64,000 nt of DNA, from the sequence record OP953026.1; one strand, written 5' to 3'. The position numbers and the translations under genes were made by a program. Shown here piece after piece: positions 27,692 through 34,610 of this stretch (position 1 is the stretch's first letter; each line of letters starts with the position of its first letter). The notes beneath the pieces are model-generated. The model did not search any database, had not been told where the DNA came from, and was given only the letters and a program-made list of their open reading frames with translations.

Positions 27692-27853
27692 ATGAATATT
27701 GATAAAGTTAAACTTCAAAAACTTATCGCGGATGTGCCCGAGGCACCTAAACATAAGAAGATTAAAAACGTCATCACCAAATATGCGGAGATAGCACTAG
27801 GAGTATATGTTGGTATTATAATAGCTAAACGTGTTCTAAATATCAAGTTTTAA
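27692..27853 (+). CDS. Small membrane protein, 53 aa
   Basis: AAGGA RBS before ATG 27692; C-terminal EIALGVYVGIIIAKR hydrophobic segment. Confidence 0.6.
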   Translation: MNIDKVKLQKLIADVPEAPKHKKIKNVITKYAEIALGVYVGIIIAKRVLNIKF

Positions 27854-27898
27854 TATAATCAAAATAAATCTACATTCATTAACTAATAGGATATTATC

Positions 27899-28216
27899 AT
27901 GCTTTCCATTATCGGTAATGTTGTAAAAACTGGTCTCATGCTGGCTGGTACCATCTATGTGTTCGAAGTCAGTGTGACTGTTTATAATGAGATTAAATTA
28001 GAAAAGAATATCCGTGAAAAAGTAAAGGACTATTCCGATTATATCAAATCTAATTCAGATAATACCACCGTGGAAGTAATGACGGACTTTATTGAAGTAG
28101 AGCTTATATACGTTATTAATGATGGATTGGATATGTTTAACACCATCAGTGATAAACATCGAATTAAATCAAAAATCCGTAACTGGATTAAGGATGCAAT
28201 TAACAATGAACTCTAA
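27899..28216 (+). CDS. N-anchored membrane protein
   Basis: 105 aa; hydrophobic N-terminus. Confidence 0.65.
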   Translation: MLSIIGNVVKTGLMLAGTIYVFEVSVTVYNEIKLEKNIREKVKDYSDYIKSNSDNTTVEVMTDFIEVELIYVINDGLDMFNTISDKHRIKSKIRNWIKDAINNEL

Positions 28217-28646
28217 GCTATCTCTTACATTAGGGATGGTAAGTGGAGCCGTACTCGGTAAGCTTGCTTGGGATTCTAGAGAAAAACTCTATGAATTCTA
28301 TTATGGACGAATTATTATCCATAAACTGAAAGCTTATCAAAAGACCATGGATGTCGATAAACTACCGTTCCATCCAGCAACAGCAATGGCCCATTATCTT
28401 AAGGCTAGCATTAATGCATCCAAGGAGACACTTGTGTCACTGGATCTTCTTGAGAGCATTAATGAAGTAGGGCTTAAATATATTGAATCAGTGCGATGCC
28501 GTTATGATACTGCATGGCAAATGAGTCTGCACAGGAGGCTTGTCAAACGGCAGAAAGAGATTGAAGAAGAGAATCGTCGTATCGAAGAAGAAGAACGACG
28601 TAATCGGAAACAACTTGATCTGTTCGATGATGTGTCAGATGTGTAA
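28206..28646 (+). CDS. N-anchored protein with a charged coiled-coil C-terminus
   Basis: AAGGA RBS before ATG 28206 (ORF track starts at 28119); LSLTLGMVSGAVLG; E/R-rich tail. Confidence 0.65.
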   Translation: MNSKLSLTLGMVSGAVLGKLAWDSREKLYEFYYGRIIIHKLKAYQKTMDVDKLPFHPATAMAHYLKASINASKETLVSLDLLESINEVGLKYIESVRCRYDTAWQMSLHRRLVKRQKEIEEENRRIEEEERRNRKQLDLFDDVSDV

Positions 28647-28654
28647 CTGATAAT

Positions 28655-28677
28655 GGGAGTCTTCGGACTCCCTTTTA
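28655..28677 (+). terminator. Intrinsic terminator
   Basis: GGGAGTC-TTCG-GACTCCC-TTTT. Confidence 0.85.
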
Positions 28678-28733
28678 TTTTCTACATCGTATTATTTTTT
28701 AATCACTTCAATAAACGTAAATAGGTATACAAA

Positions 28734-29090
28734 ATGAATATTGATAAAGTATCACTCTGTCTTGGTATTTTTGTTGGTTCAGTTACAATGTGTGCAGTTG
28801 GTAAAATCTATCATAAAACTGTTATTGATGTAAAAATCAATAAGTTGCGTAATGCTGCTTCAGTGTCTAATGAAATTCTTACAATGCTTTCTAAGCGTGC
28901 CTCTGTTATTCGCGCTGAGGTTATGCCAACCGCAGAAGACTTTATCGATTGTGAAGGTAAAGTACACAACAAACTCACTGAAGAGTTACAGGACATCGTC
29001 GCTGGTTTTAAAGTAGCGCCTGAACACGGGGCTAGTGTTAATACACGTATTAATGATTGGTTCCTACAAACGTTCCCAACTGTTTACTAA
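28734..29090 (+). CDS. N-anchored membrane protein
   Basis: 118 aa; VSLCLGIFVGSVTMCAVG hydrophobic segment. Confidence 0.7.
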   Translation: MNIDKVSLCLGIFVGSVTMCAVGKIYHKTVIDVKINKLRNAASVSNEILTMLSKRASVIRAEVMPTAEDFIDCEGKVHNKLTEELQDIVAGFKVAPEHGASVNTRINDWFLQTFPTVY

Positions 29091-29100
29091 TAGGTGATAT

Positions 29101-29523
29101 ATGTCAAAAGTAGTATTTCCTAATGGTCTACTAATAGCGCTCATGCAAAACTTCGATCACACTCTCGAATGTTTTGATCATGATGTTAGTGTTTTTAAAA
29201 AGGCACTCAGTGACCTAGATAATAAAATTAAAGGTGGTATTAAGTCACTTGATAATGATTACTCTAATGCTAAAATTGCATTAGAACGCATTCTTGAAGA
29301 ACTTTTTAAAAGAGGATTACATATCCCTGGGCCTTCTGGAAAAGCATTTGTCATTGAAAAAGTTCACATTGTAGATAGCACAGGTGTGGCTAAGGCATAC
29401 CGTGTCAGTTACAATGATGAAAAAGCTATGCCTGAATATGTATCAGCCGATAATGTATGGGGTGCACTAATTTCATATCAAAAACGTAGTCGTAGTGCAA
29501 ATCCATTCAAACCAACTGCGTGA
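29101..29523 (+). CDS. Hypothetical protein
   Basis: 140 aa; AGGTG RBS. Confidence 0.65.
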   Translation: MSKVVFPNGLLIALMQNFDHTLECFDHDVSVFKKALSDLDNKIKGGIKSLDNDYSNAKIALERILEELFKRGLHIPGPSGKAFVIEKVHIVDSTGVAKAYRVSYNDEKAMPEYVSADNVWGALISYQKRSRSANPFKPTA

Positions 29524-29594
29524 AAAGGATCTGATGGTTAAAGCCATAATCCATTATCGTATTACATAATACCTGCAAAAGAAGGAATAAGTCA

Positions 29595-29846
29595 ATGAGC
29601 GAATCTAAAGAAGTTATCAACATGGTGGAATGTTTTATCAGTGAATCTTACATGGAGCCAGGTGTTGACCACAATCGTCGGATTTTGATGCGTGAATACG
29701 GGATCAACCCTAACAGCGGTATACCACTTCGGGGGAACTGGGTTCTGCGTAACATGCTCACTGGGGAATTTATCGACAATGATAAATACCTCAACGATAT
29801 TGTTGAACGTAATTCCATCCAATTCGAACGCAATACCTTCGTCTAG
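29595..29846 (+). CDS. Small early protein, REYGINP family copy 1
   Basis: 83 aa; GAAGGA RBS; paralogous to 30840-31115. Confidence 0.7.
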   Translation: MSESKEVINMVECFISESYMEPGVDHNRRILMREYGINPNSGIPLRGNWVLRNMLTGEFIDNDKYLNDIVERNSIQFERNTFV

Positions 29847-29881
29847 CTATAATTAATCCAAATCTGAAAATAGGTCAAACC

Positions 29882-30265
29882 ATGAACGAACACATTCAAA
29901 AGAAAATCAACCAGGGTACTGGCAGACTGGCTATGTGCAACTTCGACAAAATGAACTATGTTCAGGGTCGTGAGTACTATGCCATCTCAGATAGTGGTTT
30001 ACTTGAACAAATCGTTGCTCTATGCGCAGTTCAGTGGCCTCAGGAAATGGCCAACTACCTGCATGATGAAAGCGCTCTGTTCTGGGCTCTTTTCGACCGT
30101 GGTATCGTAGCTGATGGTAAACCTCGCGCCGACCGTAAAGACTTCATCTACGAACGCCTTGGTTTCATCCACAAGAAGAAGTTCAAAAAATACGGCTTGT
30201 CTATTCTACAGCGTGCGCGCACCCGCTCGATGGCTAGTTTTGAGAAAGCTCAAGAGACTTGCTGA
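29882..30265 (+). CDS. Hypothetical protein
   Basis: 127 aa; basic C-terminus; codon choice like highly expressed genes. Confidence 0.7.
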   Translation: MNEHIQKKINQGTGRLAMCNFDKMNYVQGREYYAISDSGLLEQIVALCAVQWPQEMANYLHDESALFWALFDRGIVADGKPRADRKDFIYERLGFIHKKKFKKYGLSILQRARTRSMASFEKAQETC

Positions 30266-30300
30266 GCTATGCTGCAACACCAATACGAGGATCGTTAATT

Positions 30301-30798
30301 ATGAACCGCATGATTCCTGCAAATGAGCGTGACAGTGAACTCAGTCTCTATGGCTATTTGACCTCTGTTGTAACTGGTGGGGTTGCTTGGGATTATAACC
30401 CTATCGTTCTGCTGGAGAAGATGTGTAATCGTGATGATGAGGCCATCTGCATGGGTGAACCCAATTACGATCAATTACGTTTGATCGGTGCAAGGGGTAT
30501 GTTCGAACAGATCTCTGAAAACATCCTGTCTCGCAATGAACAAATCATGGATGGTGTTCGTGATTTCTTCAAAGATGGTCTCCAGTTGAAAACCAATGTA
30601 GATGACATGTTGGTGAGACTGAATTATCAAACTGTGCATAACGGGACTGATATGGATGAGGTGATCATGGTAAACTTGTTCAAAAAAATTGATGGTGATT
30701 ATGTGGTTGCTCATAAGTGCACATATGACCCTCAAGATTGGAAACATGCGTTATATTACTTCACCAATGCCTCCATGATCAGTCAAAAACAAAAATAA
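30301..30798 (+). CDS. Hypothetical protein
   Basis: GAGGA RBS before ATG 30301 (ORF track starts at 30259). Confidence 0.65.
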   Translation: MNRMIPANERDSELSLYGYLTSVVTGGVAWDYNPIVLLEKMCNRDDEAICMGEPNYDQLRLIGARGMFEQISENILSRNEQIMDGVRDFFKDGLQLKTNVDDMLVRLNYQTVHNGTDMDEVIMVNLFKKIDGDYVVAHKCTYDPQDWKHALYYFTNASMISQKQK

Positions 30799-30839
30799 AT
30801 ATCATGCATATCCCTTCAGGTAATTTTAGAGAGGTTATT

Positions 30840-31115
30840 ATGAGCAATAAAGATGTATCAATGATCCCAGTTTATGAAAATCACTTTGTCACTACTGGTG
30901 CTACTCCACGACATGAAGCAATTGTGGTATGTCGTGAATATGGTATTAATCCATTAGATGATGCACCATTTCGGGGTTCATGGGTGATGCGCTACCGAGA
31001 GACTGGCAAATTCATTGATTGTTCCAGGGATATTGATGATTTAGCTAAGAAATATAATCTGACCATTCATAAACCAACCATTGAATTATACACCAGCACG
31101 TATATTGGTCAATAG
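30840..31115 (+). CDS. Small early protein, REYGINP family copy 2
   Basis: GAGGT RBS before ATG 30840; shares REYGINP...RG.WV.R...TG.FID with 29595-29846. Confidence 0.7.
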   Translation: MSNKDVSMIPVYENHFVTTGATPRHEAIVVCREYGINPLDDAPFRGSWVMRYRETGKFIDCSRDIDDLAKKYNLTIHKPTIELYTSTYIGQ

Positions 31116-31120
31116 AAAAA

Positions 31121-31145
31121 AAACCACCCTATATAAGGGTGGTTT
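31121..31145 (+). terminator. Probable bidirectional terminator
   Basis: AAACCACCCT-ATATA-AGGGTGGTTT with an upstream A tract. Confidence 0.65.
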
Positions 31146-31161
31146 ATAAAAGAGGTGAAAT

Positions 31162-31425
31162 ATGCATAAACTTAATCCTGGTTGTTATCCATTAACTATA
31201 AATCCTAATGGTAAGTTTCTGAATAAAGACGATTTACGGAATCTTCCCAATGGGATTTATGTAACTTCTCCGTTACATGGTCCTAGGGTATATAGCCATG
31301 ATCGACGCGTTATGGTTGATGGTGATTATTGTTATCTAATCACTGCACCGAACATAAAATTCAAGGTAAGTGATTTCTTTAAATATAATGTAGTTTATTA
31401 TCCGAGCATTTACCTCAAGAGGTAA
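31162..31425 (+). CDS. Small protein, NLPxG-HGP family copy 1
   Basis: 87 aa; GAGGTG RBS; paralogous to 31781-32008. Confidence 0.7.
   Translation: MHKLNPGCYPLTINPNGKFLNKDDLRNLPNGIYVTSPLHGPRVYSHDRRVMVDGDYCYLITAPNIKFKVSDFFKYNVVYYPSIYLKR
31410..31425. promoter_or_regulatory. Palindrome over the RBS of the HTH gene (candidate operator)
   Basis: TTACCTC-AA-GAGGTAA, a perfect 7-bp dyad. Confidence 0.4.
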
Positions 31426-31432
31426 TAAATAA

Positions 31433-31717
31433 ATGGCAAACGAATGCACTCCCGGTGTCTGGGATACACTAGTTGACTCGACAAAAGAAACTGAAAACCT
31501 ACGTATCCGTTCCCAACTCATGCGGGCTCTCACCCGTACTATAAAGGGCTGGGATCTTCCGCAAAAAGACGCTGCTGCTCGCCTACATGTTACGCAACCG
31601 AGATTGAATGATCTTCTCAAAGGCAAGATTGACAAGTTCTCTCTGGACGCCCTGGTAAACCTACTGGACGCGGCTGATCTGACTCTTGAGATATCAGTGA
31701 TCCCACGTGCAGTATAA
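31433..31717 (+). CDS. XRE-family HTH protein (HigA-like antitoxin type)
   Basis: LPQKDAAARLHVTQPRLNDLLKGKIDKFSLDALVNLL is the bacterial XRE/HTH_37 signature; about 49% GC by hand count (140/285). Confidence 0.85.
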   Translation: MANECTPGVWDTLVDSTKETENLRIRSQLMRALTRTIKGWDLPQKDAAARLHVTQPRLNDLLKGKIDKFSLDALVNLLDAADLTLEISVIPRAV

Positions 31718-31780
31718 ACCATGGGGACGCAGCTTGATACGGCCACCGGGTGGTTTCATGACAGCAAGGAAATAAAGAAA

Positions 31781-32008
31781 ATGACAACTGATAAAAAGTT
31801 TAGTATTAAAGAACTCGGATGGGAAAAAGCCACTAATCTACCCGATGGTGAATACTACACTATTCCTAAACATGGACCACAAAACTGGCGGTATGATCGC
31901 AAGATTATCAAAACCAAGAACAGTGTAAAACTGGTAAATGAACCAGATTATAGCTGGTCAGCCCCATTCTTTTTCGAGGCAAATAACTTGTTAATCGAAG
32001 AACCATGA
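31781..32008 (+). CDS. Small protein, NLPxG-HGP family copy 2
   Basis: AAGGA RBS before ATG 31781 (ORF track starts at 31721). Confidence 0.7.
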   Translation: MTTDKKFSIKELGWEKATNLPDGEYYTIPKHGPQNWRYDRKIIKTKNSVKLVNEPDYSWSAPFFFEANNLLIEEP

Positions 32009-32166
32009 CTATGAAACGATCACCAGGTTATTTTAAAAGAGTAGTAAAAGAACTAACTGAGCGAGAGAACATTATACATCAGAAAGTTCTTAAATACATC
32101 AATGATAATCCGAATATTTCTTATAAAGAAGCACGTCAGATAGTAACTAAGGAGATTATAAAGTGA
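32005..32166 (+). CDS. Small basic protein, 53 aa (not in ORF track)
   Basis: ATGA overlap with the upstream stop; MTMKRSPGYFKRVVKELTERENIIHQKVLKYINDNPNISYKEARQIVTKEIIK; GTGA overlap with the next gene. Confidence 0.6.
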   Translation: MTMKRSPGYFKRVVKELTERENIIHQKVLKYINDNPNISYKEARQIVTKEIIK

Positions 32167-32375
32167 CTATTTCAATTCCTGCATCAGTTCGTGGTGAGTT
32201 TGGAATTTATTACAAAAATAATAAGAATCTTCGACTGGGTCAGGCATGGCATAATTACATGCGTCTTGAAAATATCCAAAATGAAATGGATAAAGAATGG
32301 GCTGATAAACTCTGGAATGCTTCTGATAAAGAAGCAGCTGATATGGTTGATGAAGCCACTAATTGGACTATGTAA
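32163..32375 (+). CDS. Small hypothetical protein
   Basis: 70 aa; AAGGAG RBS, GTG start. Confidence 0.65.
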   Translation: MTISIPASVRGEFGIYYKNNKNLRLGQAWHNYMRLENIQNEMDKEWADKLWNASDKEAADMVDEATNWTM

Positions 32376-32414
32376 CTAAACAATATTTACTATAGTAAAT
32401 AAGGAGAAATACAA

Positions 32415-32558
32415 ATGACTAATGAAGAAATTATCGTAGATGAAAGTAAATGGGCCGATGACAGCGAGATGGTTGGCTGTAAACCAGTTGATCTGTTTAT
32501 TGATTTTTACTGGGTAGAGCCCACTCATCATACTCAAGAAGGAAAAGAGGATAATTAA
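32415..32558 (+). CDS. Small acidic protein, 47 aa (not in ORF track)
   Basis: AAGGAG RBS; MTNEEIIVDESKWADDSEMVGCKPVDLFIDFYWVEPTHHTQEGKEDN. Confidence 0.6.
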   Translation: MTNEEIIVDESKWADDSEMVGCKPVDLFIDFYWVEPTHHTQEGKEDN

Positions 32559-32559
32559 C

Positions 32560-32835
32560 ATGGGTGAATATACACAGAATGGTATTCGTCATTTTCGTCC
32601 GGATGATACCGAAGATACCTTTTATATCTTGGGTGATTGTTATGTAGCCAATACTATCGCCGATATTATCGAGATGGCAACTAAGAAATGGGGTGATGGT
32701 ATTACTCTTGATATGATTAATATCAGTACTGAATATATTCATACAAGTTGTCTAGGGTATGATGAGTACGACCCCAGCGATTACAGTAATTATTTATGCA
32801 TCTCTCGTGTTAGGGAAACATCGCTGGTTAAATAA
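32560..32835 (+). CDS. Small hypothetical protein
   Basis: 91 aa; GAGGA RBS; acidic. Confidence 0.7.
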   Translation: MGEYTQNGIRHFRPDDTEDTFYILGDCYVANTIADIIEMATKKWGDGITLDMINISTEYIHTSCLGYDEYDPSDYSNYLCISRVRETSLVK

Positions 32836-32843
32836 ATTAACGA

Positions 32844-32870
32844 CATAAGCCCTCTCCTTCGGGAGAGGGC
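32844..32870 (+). terminator. Intrinsic terminator
   Basis: CATAA-GCCCTCTCC-TTCG-GGAGAGGGC. Confidence 0.8.
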
Positions 32871-32904
32871 ATTTATTCAGTTAAACTTTTAAGAATAAAA
32901 GAAT

Positions 32905-32936
32905 TAGCCCTACTGCTGTAACAGTAGGGCTATATG
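32905..32936 (+). terminator. Second hairpin followed by TATG
   Basis: TAGCCCTACTG-CTGTAA-CAGTAGGGCTA-TATG. Confidence 0.55.
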
Positions 32937-33001
32937 CCGTTGAGTAAAAAAATACTCAACATTTTCGCCCAAGTGGGCTTGGATTAACAAGAGGAACAAT
33001 C

Positions 33002-33307
33002 ATGTTAATTCCAGTTACCGCTAACAATGTTAGCCCTGACCTGCACAGAATGCAGGAAGTAGGTTTCTTTTTCAAGAGACCCGATGGATCAACCCATAGC
33101 ATGTCGGTTGCGAAAACGCAAGCCGATAATGTTATCCAATGTCGAGATCGTAGAGGTAACTTCATTGGTTATTGGGCTGGCCCTACAATAGGATACGTCA
33201 ACAACGCAGGTTTAGCCGTATCCATCAACCCCTTCGACAATTTCATAGTAACATACACTGACATGGATCAGAAGAAGTTCTATGTAACCGAAAGGAGAAG
33301 CCTATGA
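33002..33307 (+). CDS. Hypothetical protein, stand-alone unit
   Basis: 101 aa; GAGGA RBS; bracketed by hairpins. Confidence 0.7.
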   Translation: MLIPVTANNVSPDLHRMQEVGFFFKRPDGSTHSMSVAKTQADNVIQCRDRRGNFIGYWAGPTIGYVNNAGLAVSINPFDNFIVTYTDMDQKKFYVTERRSL

Positions 33308-33315
33308 TAAACAAC

Positions 33316-33335
33316 CCCTCTCCTAAAGGAGAGGG
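33316..33335 (+). terminator. Intrinsic terminator
   Basis: CCCTCTCC-TAAA-GGAGAGGG. Confidence 0.7.
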
Positions 33336-33339
33336 ACTT

Positions 33340-33915
33340 ATCTGAATTCTTTTTTTTGTTTAAGTGAGAGCCGCCCGCTAAAGCGGCTCCCAAGTGGAGT
33401 TAAGTCTCCCGCTAAAGAGAAACTCCAGAATACATGGGGTAGCGACTCCTCATGTAGATATCCTAATTAATCTCTTTAGCTAGTAATCAATACCAGTTAT
33501 CACTCGTTGATAATTGATTTGTTTATTAGCTAATTTGACTTAATCAGAATGATCAATACATATTGTTAATAATCTAGTATATTATTACCAGTATTACTCA
33601 ATGATACTGGTAATTAAATATTACTCATGAATATTACCTAATGTGGAACTGAGGAATCGGATCGCCCCGTAGGGGCTTTTATTTCATAATAAACTATACC
33701 GAAGGTATATCCTTATTCTAATAATAAATAATATTAGCATTATTCTAATAGCGTTAGCTAAAACATACTGTCTCCCTAAAAGGAGACACAGTATAGATTA
33801 TATTTTTTTAATTAAAAATAATAAGTCTAGAGATAGACTTTCTTTATGCCTTTAATACCTTCTAATTTGCTCTATAATCGATTTTATTCATTATTCACTA
33901 GCATATTAGCCATAC
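33340..33915. other. Non-coding multi-hairpin island (candidate origin or structured RNA)
   Basis: About ten inverted repeats with recurring CCGCTAAA, ACTC and GNA loops; no credible ORF; bounded by convergent terminators. Confidence 0.55.
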
Positions 33916-33917
33916 GA

Positions 33918-33940
33918 CATAAAAGCCCTCCTAAGAGGGC
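33918..33940 (-). terminator. Terminator of the leftward operon
   Basis: GCCCTC-CTAA-GAGGGC; reads ...GGGC-TTTTATG on the minus strand. Confidence 0.75.
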
Positions 33941-33949
33941 TAAAATGCT

Positions 33950-34186
33950 TTATTTTTCATTAGTTGGATATAGGAGTACAATAGACTCTGCGCATACTTT
34001 AATAACTTGGATATTTTCACTGTCATTATTTTTTGATTGTTTATTTTTAACGCAGTATTCAAATTGTTGGGATTTGAGTTTATATACGTTATTGTTCTCT
34101 TCTCCCAGTATTCCTCCAAATACCAATCCTAGGATAAATATTAATAAACCACCAATAAAGATAATATAAACATTACCATAGTACAT
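33950..34186 (-). CDS. Small membrane protein
   Basis: 78 aa; GGAG RBS; IIFIGGLLIFILGLVFGGIL transmembrane segment. Confidence 0.65.
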   Translation of the reverse strand: MYYGNVYIIFIGGLLIFILGLVFGGILGEENNNVYKLKSQQFEYCVKNKQSKNNDSENIQVIKVCAESIVLLYPTNEK

Positions 34187-34187
34187 A

Positions 34188-34556
34188 TTACATTAACTCC
34201 TTTACATCATCTGGAATAGATTCACACCGATCTAAATCCCAGTAGATGTGTGTATAGTGATCTTGGTTTACGATACTGATAAAATCCCCATTAGGATCGG
34301 GTAATGGTTTACGGATAATATCAACGTAAATAGTGTAATATAAATAAAGATCACTGATGAGTTCATCAATGTTTAAATTATTACCCTCTGCATATTTCCC
34401 ATATTTAAAATAATGGGCTTCTTCTGCTACAGCATAACGGATTTTATCGTAATTTTGTGATGCGGCATATACACGTGCAAATAGAGGGCGATTAAACTTT
34501 CTACATTCACTAATATTTTTTCTTAAAGTATTTACTAAATTATCAATTGCACTCAT
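34188..34556 (-). CDS. Hypothetical protein
   Basis: 122 aa; AGGT RBS. Confidence 0.65.
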   Translation of the reverse strand: MSAIDNLVNTLRKNISECRKFNRPLFARVYAASQNYDKIRYAVAEEAHYFKYGKYAEGNNLNIDELISDLYLYYTIYVDIIRKPLPDPNGDFISIVNQDHYTHIYWDLDRCESIPDDVKELM

Positions 34557-34581
34557 TTAGATTACCTATTAAAATTATAGT

Positions 34582-34607
34582 GCTCTCCCCGAAGGGAGAG
34601 CTTTATG
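34582..34607 (-). terminator. Terminator after the helicase gene
   Basis: Minus strand CATAAA-GCTCTCCC-TTCG-GGGAGAGC just after the helicase stop. Confidence 0.75.
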
Positions 34608-34610
34608 TTG

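Noticed and set aside
31336-31746. 136-aa minus-strand ORF
   Set aside because: Antisense to the HTH gene; open only because of the locally high GC.
33360-33480. Possible tRNA or tRNA-like cloverleaf
   Set aside because: No T-loop TTCRA, D-loop or acceptor stem/CCA geometry.
33846-34169. 107-aa plus-strand ORF
   Set aside because: Crosses a terminator and is antisense to the 33950-34186 membrane gene; no RBS.
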